From a virus: a DNA stretch of 64,000 bases. A model generated the notes under the pieces. The model was not told the origin of the DNA, did no database searches, and saw only the letters and a program-made list of their open reading frames with translations. The translations under genes were made by a program, and so were the position numbers. How positions within the stretch are numbered: the first letter of the stretch is position 1; the number at the start of each line of letters is the position of its first letter. This document shows, in pieces, positions 1 to 7,984 of this stretch. The stretch lies in IMG/VR virus record IMGVR_UViG_3300002460_000021, positions 1 to 64,000 of that record, one strand, 5' to 3'.

Positions 1-136
1 CCTCACACCGAGCCACCTCCCACCAGCCGTACTGGCTGGTGCCGACACAGAACGGGGCGTCGGGGTGCCGCCGGCCGAGGATGACCTCGGCCATGTGTTG
101 TGCCAGGGCCGCCGCCAACTCTTCTTTGTTATTCAC
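1..136 (-). CDS. Hypothetical protein, truncated by window edge (MNNKEELAAALAQHMAEVILG...)
   Basis: GTG start at 134-136 after GGGGAG RBS; open to the window edge; downstream of the promoter-like motif at 232-265. Confidence 0.55.
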   Translation of the reverse strand, partial: MNNKEELAAALAQHMAEVILGRRHPDAPFCVGTSQYGWWEVARCE

Positions 137-158
137 AGCCTATACTCCCCAGCGCGGC

Positions 159-172
159 AATATCCGGATATT
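159..172. repeat. AATATCCGGATATT palindrome copy 1
   Basis: Exact match; extends to 16 bp (158-173). Confidence 0.95.
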
Positions 173-231
173 GTAGAAAGCAGCTGCCGCGCAACTTGCT
201 ACTTTCGAGTGAGAAGGTACACCCCTCTCTA

Positions 232-265
232 TTTAATAGTGACAAGAAAAGGCCCGATATTTAGC
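232..265 (-). promoter_or_regulatory. Putative phage promoter CTAAAT-N15-GTCACTATTA
   Basis: Same motif and spacing at 750-783, 8549-8582 and 21872-21905, each upstream of minus-strand genes. Confidence 0.6.
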
Positions 266-319
266 TAAAAAGAAGCGCCCGTTATGGACGCTTCCTTTGC
301 TGCCGCGGCGGCCAGCACT

Positions 320-484
320 TTACTTGATCCACTCCACGCGGCGCCATTCGCCGCTGATCTTGACCTCGTACCCAAGCTGGTCCTTGCTATCCCGAACCGT
401 GCGGCGCAAACCGCACGGCAGGAAGTTGTAACACTCGACCGTCATCTTGACGGTCGTCTTGGCGACCTCTTTGGCTGCAAGCAC
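320..484 (-). CDS. Small hypothetical protein, 54 aa (MLAAKEVAKTTVKMTVEC...VEWIK)
   Basis: Manual translation; AAAGGAG RBS, GTG start. Confidence 0.6.
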   Translation of the reverse strand: MLAAKEVAKTTVKMTVECYNFLPCGLRRTVRDSKDQLGYEVKISGEWRRVEWIK

Positions 485-505
485 TGAAATCTCCTTTAGA
501 CAGAA

Positions 506-691
506 TTACTCTTTGCCGACGACCACGTCGACAAATTTAAAAATCATAATGACCAACATTATGATCCCGCAGCCCAGCGCGGTACCGCCAAAGTACCGCG
601 GACTCTGAAACAGATGCGAGATGACGACGCTACAAATGAGCGATGTCATCATCACGTACGCTCCGTAAATCGTAAGTACCGTATTCTCCAT
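506..691 (-). CDS. Small two-TM membrane protein
   Basis: Two hydrophobic segments; AGGAG RBS. Confidence 0.65.
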   Translation of the reverse strand: MENTVLTIYGAYVMMTSLICSVVISHLFQSPRYFGGTALGCGIIMLVIMIFKFVDVVVGKE

Positions 692-749
692 ATTGTACTC
701 CTAGAAACAGTGGGTCCACTGACGGCTATTTAAAATAACCGGCGACACG

Positions 750-783
750 TTTAATAATGACAAGAAATTGGCAGTTATTTAGG
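750..783 (-). promoter_or_regulatory. Putative phage promoter CTAAAT-N15-GTCATTATTA
   Basis: Second copy of the repeated motif. Confidence 0.6.
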
Positions 784-803
784 TCGCGCTAGATGTACTA
801 ACG

Positions 804-980
804 CTACCCAATGGATGTGAGGCAAAGCACAGCTCGGACCACGCGAAATGTGTGAACAATAGCCGCCCCCCTGCTAAGGCTTGCCTCACAGTCTGCGGAA
901 GAGGTGCAACTACAGGACCTACGCTGAGACTTACTAGTTTTGACGAAGACAATGCGAGGCCCAAAATATACTGGCAGCAT
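804..980 (-). CDS. Possible Ser/Arg-rich microprotein, 58 aa (MLPVYFGPRIVFVKTSKSQRRSCSCTSS...)
   Basis: Manual translation; hydrophobic N-terminus then S/R/C-rich; weakest member of the family. Confidence 0.4.
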   Translation of the reverse strand: MLPVYFGPRIVFVKTSKSQRRSCSCTSSADCEASLSRGAAIVHTFRVVRAVLCLTSIG

Positions 981-992
981 TTTGTTATCTTT

Positions 993-1208
993 CTAATTGG
1001 AACGACTGCGAACATGAATTGAAGCCGGATATGAGATGACCCGGCAACCAGATCCAGATACTGAGTAGCCCCTAGTTCCGCTCTGGGTAGGCATAACGCC
1101 GTATCCAGATCTGTATTTAGTGGTCCTGGAAGAAGCGCATCGAGAAGCAGCACGATAAATCCGACCGCTGAACAAACACCACGAAAAACTACCGCAAAAT
1201 AGATACAA
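993..1208 (-). CDS. Ser/Arg-rich microprotein
   Basis: AGGAG RBS with TTG start; contains the YSVSG motif shared with other members. Confidence 0.6.
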   Translation of the reverse strand: MYLFCGSFSWCLFSGRIYRAASRCASSRTTKYRSGYGVMPTQSGTRGYSVSGSGCRVISYPASIHVRSRSN

Positions 1209-1212
1209 AACA

Positions 1213-2916
1213 TCACTCCTCTACAGCTACTTCTTCGATGGCAGTTATCAGCCCCTGATCGTTGCGCCGTATAATCTTACGCGTGCGCGGCATTACCATC
1301 TGGACAACTTGATTAGATCTGCTAGCCATCTCCGCCAGCTTCTCTTGAATTTTAGTCATTCCAGCCCTTAGCTCCACCAACTCAGCGGTTGGCTTGGCGG
1401 GCTCAACAATATCCGGATATTGCGCAGCTGGCGTTTTAAAGTTTTCAAAATGTAATAGCAGATCCTCCAGTGCCGCGGTTTTCTTTAAACCTACCGGCTT
1501 TGTAAGATCGCCGTCCAACCACTTTTTAAAATCAACCATGGTCATGGGAGTAATGGCGCCAAGCCCTGTCCAATTCTTTGGATAGTGCTTGAGGTACATA
1601 TCTTTAGCTTCCTCCAAGAAGCGGAACCCGAGCATTACCTTGTGCTCATCGAATGTACCGTCCTTCTTGACCTGATCAACTACGAACACGATTTCACTCT
1701 CGGGGTGCTCGCCAACATAAACATCGACAGGATCACCATCTGCACCCACGCCGACACGACGCAGATAGCCGTAATTAATTAGCATATTGCGTTTGCCGGA
1801 TACCTTGGGAGCGCTGGTGTCGCCATCTTCTAAATGAGAATAGAAATAACGAGTAGCGCCAGCTGGGTATTCGATGGAGATATCGAATCCGTGTAAATGA
1901 ATATGGTGCTTACGAAAATTGCCAGCTTCCAGCTGCGCCGGTGTTGGCGACTTGTGATCGAATTCAGCCAGGGCCTGCTCTAGTCGCTCTGGATAATGTT
2001 CCTTGGCATGCCCTTCTTTGTTGCCGTCAACTGAATTACTTCCGCTAAAACGATAATCAGATTTAGATTTACCTATGGGGGAAGTAGGGTCACCCTTGGA
2101 CTCCGACGGTGCCGCGCGACCGGACGTAACCGCAGGAAGTGCGGGTTCTGGCCGCGGCTGAGTAGCGGCTTGCGCAGGGTTAATGGACTGTAGCCCGTTA
2201 TTCGAAGCTTGTTGCACGGCAGGCGGCGTGGGCGTAATAGCCGGTTGTGGAGAAGGCAAGGATGGTTGTTGCGCATTATATGGATTATTTGCCGGCAACA
2301 CGTGAGATACTGGGCGTTGCGGCATTGTGCTATAGGCCATCTCGCCATTGACCAGTAGCGCCCCGGGTATAGTATTTGATGCGGAGGGATCGACGTTGCG
2401 CGGCGGTGCTGGCAGAATAGCCTCGTTTTGGAAGAACGCCGCCTTGGTGACGGCGTACACAAGAGCATGTATCGGCATGAGATCTAAACTGGGAGAAAAT
2501 GCGTCGGTAGGCGGCATAGGCGAATCTTCCGGAATAACGAAGTGCTCTTTGGCTTCTTTGTGGCTTTCTTGTTTTATCAGGCCTAGAGGCAACTGAAACG
2601 ACGCGCCGCAAAGTTGTGGGGACAGCCCGAGCTTGCGCCGTATGTCCTCAAGATCGGGGCTAATTACACTAACTGATATGCTGTGATCATCCGACAGCTG
2701 GGAGCCAGTAAAAATAGTGGCGTTTACGTCGGCGAATCTGCTAATGCCTCCAGCTTTTGCCAGCTCACTGCCTGTCAGCACAGGTACATAGGCCGCCGTA
2801 TACCGAACAATATCGTTGGCGCACTGTGCCGCGGCATCTTTAACAAAAGATGGCGGTACCGGCATAACCAACCAACCGCTATAACTCGCCAACGGACCAG
2901 AATAAGAACACGTCAT
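1213..2916 (-). CDS. Multidomain protein with InPase (inorganic-pyrophosphatase-like, polyvalent-protein type) domain; degenerate 2H-like N-terminus
   Basis: PTPAQLEAGNF..H...G..ISIE.P.G..R / YGY / GADGDPVDVYVG / FDEHKVMLGF motifs; Pro-rich linker. Confidence 0.7.
   Translation of the reverse strand: MTCSYSGPLASYSGWLVMPVPPSFVKDAAAQCANDIVRYTAAYVPVLTGSELAKAGGISRFADVNATIFTGSQLSDDHSISVSVISPDLEDIRRKLGLSPQLCGASFQLPLGLIKQESHKEAKEHFVIPEDSPMPPTDAFSPSLDLMPIHALVYAVTKAAFFQNEAILPAPPRNVDPSASNTIPGALLVNGEMAYSTMPQRPVSHVLPANNPYNAQQPSLPSPQPAITPTPPAVQQASNNGLQSINPAQAATQPRPEPALPAVTSGRAAPSESKGDPTSPIGKSKSDYRFSGSNSVDGNKEGHAKEHYPERLEQALAEFDHKSPTPAQLEAGNFRKHHIHLHGFDISIEYPAGATRYFYSHLEDGDTSAPKVSGKRNMLINYGYLRRVGVGADGDPVDVYVGEHPESEIVFVVDQVKKDGTFDEHKVMLGFRFLEEAKDMYLKHYPKNWTGLGAITPMTMVDFKKWLDGDLTKPVGLKKTAALEDLLLHFENFKTPAAQYPDIVEPAKPTAELVELRAGMTKIQEKLAEMASRSNQVVQMVMPRTRKIIRRNDQGLITAIEEVAVEE
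1408..1421. repeat. AATATCCGGATATT palindrome copy 2 (inside CDS, encodes QYPDI)
   Basis: Exact match. Confidence 0.95.
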
Positions 2917-2931
2917 AACGATCTCCGCACT

Positions 2932-2945
2932 AATATCCGGATATT
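2932..2945. repeat. AATATCCGGATATT palindrome copy 3
   Basis: Exact match, just upstream of the 2916 start codon. Confidence 0.95.
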
Positions 2946-2969
2946 ACTCAGTCAATTTATGATACCCGA

Positions 2970-3230
2970 TTAGTACATGTGCTCTCTATATGACAAGCTG
3001 CCACGACAATGCGTGCTAGTTCTAGAAGCGCAATAGCCGCAAATAGCGCTACCGCTCACAGTTCTGCTGTACGACCTAGTGCTGTGATACACTCCTGACA
3101 TGCTGAGTACATAAGTTCTATTGGCGCCGCTACGAGCCACAGAACTATGTCTACCATTAATTTGCAATACTCGTGGAGAACGACTAGACGCGCTACAATC
3201 TACCCTTACCCGAATAGAGTACAGCAACAT
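2970..3230 (-). CDS. Ser/Arg-rich microprotein
   Basis: S-x-S periodicity, hydrophobic N-terminus, part of a tandem array. Confidence 0.65.
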   Translation of the reverse strand: MLLYSIRVRVDCSASSRSPRVLQINGRHSSVARSGANRTYVLSMSGVYHSTRSYSRTVSGSAICGYCASRTSTHCRGSLSYREHMY

Positions 3231-3236
3231 ATTATT

Positions 3237-3440
3237 TTACCAACGGGCGCTTGAAAAATACGCCACTTCTGAATTACTGGTCCCAGAAGAGGATCTTACA
3301 CGACCCCGTCCGGATTGGCCGATAGACCACGGCCTACCAAAGCTATAACGACCTATTATGCCCGTTCTGCAATACGAGACAACTCCATCCAGGCCTGATC
3401 TACTACGTCCAGCACCTAGCCAATTTATAAATACAATCAC
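3237..3440 (-). CDS. Ser/Arg-rich microprotein (MIVFINWLG subfamily)
   Basis: Paralog of 3452-3658 and 3670-3792; GGAG RBS. Confidence 0.8.
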   Translation of the reverse strand: MIVFINWLGAGRSRSGLDGVVSYCRTGIIGRYSFGRPWSIGQSGRGRVRSSSGTSNSEVAYFSSARW

Positions 3441-3451
3441 GCTATCTCCGA

Positions 3452-3658
3452 TTACCAGAGGTGGCTGTTTGAACGATACCCCGTCTCTGACGTATCAGTT
3501 CCAGAGCAAGATCTAACGACATTCCATCCGGATCGGCTGGCCGTATACTGGTTGCCCTCAGCTGATCCAGAGGTTGACTCGCAGCACAAAGCGTAGCTTT
3601 CGCTGCCTGACAGACTACGACTAGCCCCACTTCCCAACCAATTTATAAATACGATCAT
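3452..3658 (-). CDS. Ser/Arg-rich microprotein (MIVFINWLG subfamily)
   Basis: N-terminus identical to 3237-3440; AGGAG RBS. Confidence 0.8.
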   Translation of the reverse strand: MIVFINWLGSGASRSLSGSESYALCCESTSGSAEGNQYTASRSGWNVVRSCSGTDTSETGYRSNSHLW

Positions 3659-3669
3659 GCTAGCTCCTG

Positions 3670-3792
3670 TTACCAGCGGCTCTTTGAAGAATACACCGTC
3701 TCTGACGTATCCGTTCCAGAGCAGGATCTAATGCAGAAGCTGCCTGATCGGCTACGATTACCTACCCCCAGCAAATTTATAAATACAGTCAT
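3670..3792 (-). CDS. Ser/Arg-rich microprotein, 40 aa (MTVFINLLGVGNRSRSGSFCIRSCSGTDTSETVYSSKSRW)
   Basis: Manual translation; shares RSCSGTDTSET with 3452-3658. Confidence 0.75.
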   Translation of the reverse strand: MTVFINLLGVGNRSRSGSFCIRSCSGTDTSETVYSSKSRW

Positions 3793-3797
3793 TTGCA

Positions 3798-3992
3798 TTA
3801 CCCCGGGATTAAACTGCTAGATAAACACGTAGCTCCCGCGGCGTCGCCTGAAACGGAGGCAGGGCGCCGTTTAGATAAAGATTCACTGCGGCTACGGATC
3901 CTGTTATGTCCGCTACCAGACCTGGCGCAAGATAGCCTCCAGGCGGGAACCGCGTACCCACGAAAGATGGCTGTAAAATGCATAGTTAACAT
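3798..3992 (-). CDS. Ser/Arg-rich microprotein
   Basis: RSGSG/RSRSES runs; overlaps the upstream member. Confidence 0.65.
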   Translation of the reverse strand: MLTMHFTAIFRGYAVPAWRLSCARSGSGHNRIRSRSESLSKRRPASVSGDAAGATCLSSSLIPG

Positions 3993-4222
3993 GAATAGCC
4001 CCTCCTAGAAATACTGTAGGGCGACCGCCGAGTTGGCCAAGACACGCGCGTCGTGTGAGCATAGATATCGCTGTGATTAGATTTTCTCGAGAATGACCCG
4101 CACATCAACGTACGCCCGACAGAACGTGAGTTAGATCGGGACTCTCGCCGCCCGATGGGACTAGAAAATGACCTGGAAAACGCGAAAGAATTAAACGAAA
4201 GCCACGGAATAATAGGTATCAT
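3986..4222 (-). CDS. Ser/Arg-rich microprotein (start MIPIIPWL)
   Basis: GGAGG RBS before the ATG at 4222; SRSFS/SRSNSRS runs. Confidence 0.7.
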   Translation of the reverse strand: MIPIIPWLSFNSFAFSRSFSSPIGRRESRSNSRSVGRTLMCGSFSRKSNHSDIYAHTTRVSWPTRRSPYSISRRGYSC

Positions 4223-4239
4223 GCCCCCTCCGATAATTA

Positions 4240-4270
4240 AAAGAGGCGAGCCAGACCGGCTCGCCTCTTT
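4240..4270. terminator. Intrinsic terminator-like hairpin
   Basis: AAAGAGGCGAGCC-agacc-GGCTCGCCTCTTT. Confidence 0.7.
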
Positions 4271-4284
4271 AGCGTAACTATGCG

Positions 4285-4569
4285 CTACTGGGCACGACAC
4301 AGGCGCGTGAAACGAGCCGCCTGCGTGCCGCGCAGCGTAGCGCCCTCGGTTTCAACTGGGCGACACGAGGTTTTACGTACTTCGCTTACTCTGCGCGCAC
4401 CTAGTAGCCGTTGCGAGGGCTCGGGCAGTCCCTGACGCCGGATGATGGTGTACGCGCCTTCGTGGCGCAACACCTCAAAACATCCCACGACATCGACCAC
4501 TTTAAATACGGCACCGGGAGCCAGCAAAGCCACAGGACGAGGAGACAGGACGACTTCAGATTCAGCCAT
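4285..4569 (-). CDS. Hypothetical protein
   Basis: 94 aa ORF in operon position. Confidence 0.5.
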   Translation of the reverse strand: MAESEVVLSPRPVALLAPGAVFKVVDVVGCFEVLRHEGAYTIIRRQGLPEPSQRLLGARRVSEVRKTSCRPVETEGATLRGTQAARFTRLCRAQ

Positions 4570-4583
4570 GAGACACCCCTTTA

Positions 4584-5294
4584 TTAGGCGGCTTCCACCG
4601 CAACAGACGATGTGCGATGGATAGCCAGCCCCGCGTAATTATCGTCGCCAGTTTGCCACACAGTCAAAACCACATCCGCGCCAAAAGTAGTACCATCCCG
4701 TGCGGCTAGTTTAAAAAATCGAGACACAGTCCGCGTCTCATGCTCGACTTTAAATAGTTGTTCTCGTTGTTGCCGACACCACTCCAGACATTCAGCTGAC
4801 AATATGTCCCCTAGATGGCGGCCTAGCGCCTCTGTCTCTGTATAGTGGAACGTTATGCCGGCGCTGCTATCCCACTGGATAACGCGATTACTGGCGTCGA
4901 CCACTATAGAAGCGTTTGAATAGACAGGAAGAGGCGAAAATCCTCCGTTGGCGCGAAGTTGTTGAACGTATAGATGCAGCAGGCGCATTTCGCCGCGCAA
5001 GTTTTCGTTCTCAACACGACAGTTCGCGTGGGCAAACTGCAGGTCTGTAATAGACTTTTGCAGCGCGGCCGTTTGCGCAGAGTGAGTTAACTGTATGCCA
5101 GCCAGGGCAGCCTGCAATTCGTCCGTGCGCTTGGTGAGCCGATCTATTAAATCGCGATATTGCTCACTAACTTGTGCGTGGGCAGCCGCAACGTGCTGAT
5201 GCCGACCTTTGGAGTAAGATATAAGGAAGGACAAAAACGGAGAGATAGTGGCACCAGCCAACGCAGAAAACGCGGCAATCACGGTCGTATCCAC
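4584..5294 (-). CDS. Membrane-anchored coiled-coil protein with C-terminal PAS domain
   Basis: N-terminal TM helix, heptad region, then ASIVVDASNRVIQWD.SAG..FHY...EALGRHL..IL and RDGTTF PAS/PAC pattern. Confidence 0.7.
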   Translation of the reverse strand: MDTTVIAAFSALAGATISPFLSFLISYSKGRHQHVAAAHAQVSEQYRDLIDRLTKRTDELQAALAGIQLTHSAQTAALQKSITDLQFAHANCRVENENLRGEMRLLHLYVQQLRANGGFSPLPVYSNASIVVDASNRVIQWDSSAGITFHYTETEALGRHLGDILSAECLEWCRQQREQLFKVEHETRTVSRFFKLAARDGTTFGADVVLTVWQTGDDNYAGLAIHRTSSVAVEAA

Positions 5295-5353
5295 GGTGCC
5301 TCCTGGGCAACAGCCCTAATGAGCTATATGCACCTTACCGCGTTAAAATCCAC

Positions 5354-5611
5354 TCAACAAGACATAACGTCAGGGCAATAATCAGATCGGCGGTGACGCG
5401 CGATAGACAAAAAGCGCCAGCCGCCGCCAGTACAACCACGAGTACAGCTATAGCGTGCGCCACTGAGTCCACGCAGCAGACGCCTGACGGTAAGGGCGGG
5501 AGATGTGGCCGTTCTCATATCCTTGGAGGATGCGCTTGTACGCACAAATAACGTTTGCGAACCGCTACAGCATGACTTGATAGAGGAGCTAGCAAATGGA
5601 TGATAAAGCAT
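5354..5611 (-). CDS. Ser/Arg/Cys-rich microprotein
   Basis: Composition, size and tandem position. Confidence 0.65.
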   Translation of the reverse strand: MLYHPFASSSIKSCCSGSQTLFVRTSASSKDMRTATSPALTVRRLLRGLSGARYSCTRGCTGGGWRFLSIARHRRSDYCPDVMSC

Positions 5612-5614
5612 GGT

Positions 5615-5818
5615 TTACCTGCGTGCTCCGTGAGATATGGATTGTATATACCGCGTTTCGCGACCTGAGCTAGATGAGCCTATATCGGACTTCCTATCCT
5701 GATCACTTCTCCACACCGGCCCCGGGGCTCCAGCCCAACACATAGAACAAAATATGCGCGCGGTAGGCTTGCTCGAACAACTGCTATAAAATGTTCCATA
5801 TACGAAAGGCCAGAGCAT
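5615..5818 (-). CDS. Ser/Arg-rich microprotein
   Basis: GGAGG RBS; MLWPF N-terminus resembles neighbouring MLYHPF. Confidence 0.7.
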   Translation of the reverse strand: MLWPFVYGTFYSSCSSKPTARIFCSMCWAGAPGPVWRSDQDRKSDIGSSSSGRETRYIQSISHGARR

Positions 5819-5841
5819 AACTACCTCCGCAATACGTTATC

Positions 5842-6036
5842 TCACCTACAGCTGCTGCTAATAGAAGCCGTAGTCCCGGATATGCTACGGCTTGTTGATC
5901 TTCTGTTGGTTGAATTTGCTGGCGTACAGGAAAGAGACCGCCACGAACTACGCCCTGTACGACTTCGTGAGTACGATATAGCGGCGCCAGAGGAGGCGCT
6001 ACTCATAACTAACCCTAAACGACACAGATCATACAA
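5842..6036 (-). CDS. Ser/Arg-rich microprotein (TTG start, MYDLCRLGLVMSSASS...)
   Basis: GGAGG RBS before TTG; SYSRSR, STSRSIS runs. Confidence 0.65.
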   Translation of the reverse strand: MYDLCRLGLVMSSASSGAAISYSRSRTGRSSWRSLSCTPANSTNRRSTSRSISGTTASISSSCR

Positions 6037-6058
6037 ATCAGTTTCCTCCCGACTGACG

Positions 6059-6283
6059 TCAAACAACCCGGGTGCTTCGGCTGCAGTTACGCATAGCGCA
6101 TCTGCTGCTGGCGCCGCCGGCGGGATAGCCCAGCCTGTTAGAGCAAGATGAGCGTATGCAATTATTTGACATACTAGCTCTGGTGTAATGTTCATATCCG
6201 CCATAAAACGCACGACAAACGGACGCGTTTACGTTGTCTGACCTACTTTGAAATAGGTACCCTTGTACAAATAAGTTAATCAT
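6059..6283 (-). CDS. Ser/Arg/Cys-rich microprotein
   Basis: Overlaps the upstream member; STRV C-terminus shared with 6276-6503. Confidence 0.65.
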   Translation of the reverse strand: MINLFVQGYLFQSRSDNVNASVCRAFYGGYEHYTRASMSNNCIRSSCSNRLGYPAGGASSRCAMRNCSRSTRVV

Positions 6284-6503
6284 CGACGCTCACCCTGGTG
6301 GAGTTGCTATGGCTATATCTACGGAGATGAATATTTTGAGAACAGCTGTATTGATAGTCGTGGTCCAGCCCCCTTGTCGTACTGGGCATAGGGTGACTAT
6401 GCCAGGTGCTATCGTGCATCCGTGACTTTGACCTGCTTCCTGACATATGCCGATTCGCCGACTTACTTTGAATGTCTAGCCCGATTTTGTAGCTGTTGTA
6501 CAT
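6276..6503 (-). CDS. Ser/Arg/His-rich microprotein (MYN subfamily)
   Basis: GGAGG RBS; shares MYN...IG and WHSH with 6504-6680. Confidence 0.7.
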   Translation of the reverse strand: MYNSYKIGLDIQSKSANRHMSGSRSKSRMHDSTWHSHPMPSTTRGLDHDYQYSCSQNIHLRRYSHSNSTRVSVDD

Positions 6504-6680
6504 CTATGTACCACGCCTCCGATAATAGCTAGCGATGACGCGCTTGGTGCCGCTGGACGAGTAGGACGGCGAAGTATGGCTATGCCAGCGCGGTACGTTA
6601 CTGGCGCTCCTACTATAAGATATGTGCTTGCCGTAAGCGCCGCTTTGCTCTAACACGCCTATGGTAAAAATATTGTACAT
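6504..6680 (-). CDS. Ser/Arg-rich microprotein (MYN subfamily)
   Basis: GAGG RBS; paralog of 6276-6503. Confidence 0.7.
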   Translation of the reverse strand: MYNIFTIGVLEQSGAYGKHISYSRSASNVPRWHSHTSPSYSSSGTKRVIASYYRRRGT

Positions 6681-6696
6681 AAGTAGAAACCTCAAA

Positions 6697-6725
6697 GGCC
6701 CGACCAGCGCAAGGCTGGCCGGGCC
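6697..6725 (-). terminator. Hairpin downstream of the DUF6948-like gene
   Basis: GGCCCG.CCAGC-gcaag-GCTGG.CGGGCC followed by TTT on the minus strand. Confidence 0.55.
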
Positions 6726-6762
6726 CGGTAAACGCGGACAGCATAGCCTGCCCAGGATGGCC

Positions 6763-7167
6763 TTATTTCGCGGTGCGCGGCAGAGGATGCGTCCACGGAG
6801 CCGCGTCGACGATGGCCGCGCACGACACGATCACGGTATCAGGATACGGTTCGACTTCGGCCAGGGTGCCCTTCTTCAGACACTCGTGAAAACGCCCGGT
6901 GTCGGGGATCCAGGCCGCCTCGGAGAGGACCAGGTCGGTGTGGGTCTTTTCGACCACCTTACCGGTGTAGTAGTGAGTAACGGTGCGGATGAGGTAATTG
7001 CCGCCGATTTTGATGCTGACCATGTTTTCAAATTTCCTTTCTTTGAGCATTTCTGCCAACTTGGGTACCGCAAGATGATTTCCGCCGAGAACGTCGAGAG
7101 CTACCTGATGCACGTCATCCCCCTCAGGGAACGCATCCAGAACCTGATACAGTAACGTTGGCGTCAT
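6763..7167 (-). CDS. DUF6948-like phage protein (small beta-barrel)
   Basis: IGGNYLIRTVTHYYTGKVV...LVLSEAAWIPDTGRF..L..G...EVEPYP motif; strong GGAAGGAG RBS before ATG at 7167; family name recalled, not searched. Confidence 0.65.
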   Translation of the reverse strand: MTPTLLYQVLDAFPEGDDVHQVALDVLGGNHLAVPKLAEMLKERKFENMVSIKIGGNYLIRTVTHYYTGKVVEKTHTDLVLSEAAWIPDTGRFHECLKKGTLAEVEPYPDTVIVSCAAIVDAAPWTHPLPRTAK

Positions 7168-7311
7168 AAAACTCCTTCCTGTCAAACTCATTGAAGATCT
7201 CATTGCAACGGTGTCAGCGGCCGTCCTCCAAGTATGACAATCCCAACTTCTAAACCACGGGGAGGCCTGCTTCCCGGCCCACAATTTGTGATAGTGTGAA
7301 GCCAAGAGTCG

Positions 7312-7551
7312 TTACCCCTGATTACCCAACCTGGGACGTAGCTTAAACATTGAACGTGACTGCCTAAGCCCCACTCTGATCGAGTCACAGCACGAATACG
7401 TCACGTCACAGCTGCCGCTGATAAACGCGCCGTCGCTTGAAGAAAACTCTCCACACGTGTCTGACGACGAAAAAGCTCGCGAAACCCTGCCGGAGTAACT
7501 TCTACTACCACAAACTCCGAAGTTAGTAATGGCGTAAAATGTTATCATCAA
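7312..7551 (-). CDS. Ser/Arg/Cys-rich microprotein
   Basis: 4-nt overlap with upstream member; SRSYS, FSSS. Confidence 0.7.
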   Translation of the reverse strand: MMITFYAITNFGVCGSRSYSGRVSRAFSSSDTCGEFSSSDGAFISGSCDVTYSCCDSIRVGLRQSRSMFKLRPRLGNQG

Positions 7552-7757
7552 TGACGACTCACTGAATGACTTGTACCTGATTTAAAACGAGTGCGACATC
7601 TAGATACCGTGTCTCCATTAGTAGTGCTATACGTACTAAAAGCGCTAGTGGATACAAAATGAGAACCACAACTTGAAGTGTACCTGCCGCGCGGATATGT
7701 TCCTGTGCCACAGCGGCTGTTATTGGTAGAAACAACGGTTATTGCTAATGTTAGCAT
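7548..7757 (-). CDS. Ser/Thr/Arg-rich microprotein
   Basis: Overlaps neighbours on both sides. Confidence 0.7.
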   Translation of the reverse strand: MLTLAITVVSTNNSRCGTGTYPRGRYTSSCGSHFVSTSAFSTYSTTNGDTVSRCRTRFKSGTSHSVSRH

Positions 7758-7984
7758 CGTTTATACGGGCCTTTGCCGGAAAACGACCACGCTCCAGAAC
7801 TAGTATAGCTGGACCTAGACCTGGCCATATATCCATCACTCCCCGAAGAAGATTTGCTTCCGGAGATCCCATTGGCAAAACTTAGTGCGTCGTCCAGAGA
7901 ATGTGAATACGGACACGTGGCACGTGCTGATGCGGATGAACTGACACATAACGTATCGTTAGCGGCTATTAGTAGTTTAATCAT
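7751..7984 (-). CDS. Ser/Arg-rich microprotein with GAWSFS motif
   Basis: GAWSFS shared with members at 39-41 kb. Confidence 0.75.
   Translation of the reverse strand: MIKLLIAANDTLCVSSSASARATCPYSHSLDDALSFANGISGSKSSSGSDGYMARSRSSYTSSGAWSFSGKGPYKRC

Noticed and set aside
779-1216. 145-aa ORF in the track
   Set aside because: Overlaps the alternative-frame ORF 993-1208, which carries the family YSVSG motif and a well-spaced SD.
7168-7305. N-terminal extension of the DUF6948-like ORF
   Set aside because: A strong GGAAGGAG SD precedes the ATG at 7167; the upstream stretch is more likely leader sequence.
2970-7984. Microprotein diversity as output of a diversity-generating retroelement
   Set aside because: No reverse transcriptase and no TR/VR pair differing only at adenines; differences include indels and all bases.
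2970-7984. Short ORFs as fragments of long genes under stop-codon reassignment
   Set aside because: They end in TAA, TAG and TGA, change frame, and many have their own SD; long core genes are intact in the standard code.
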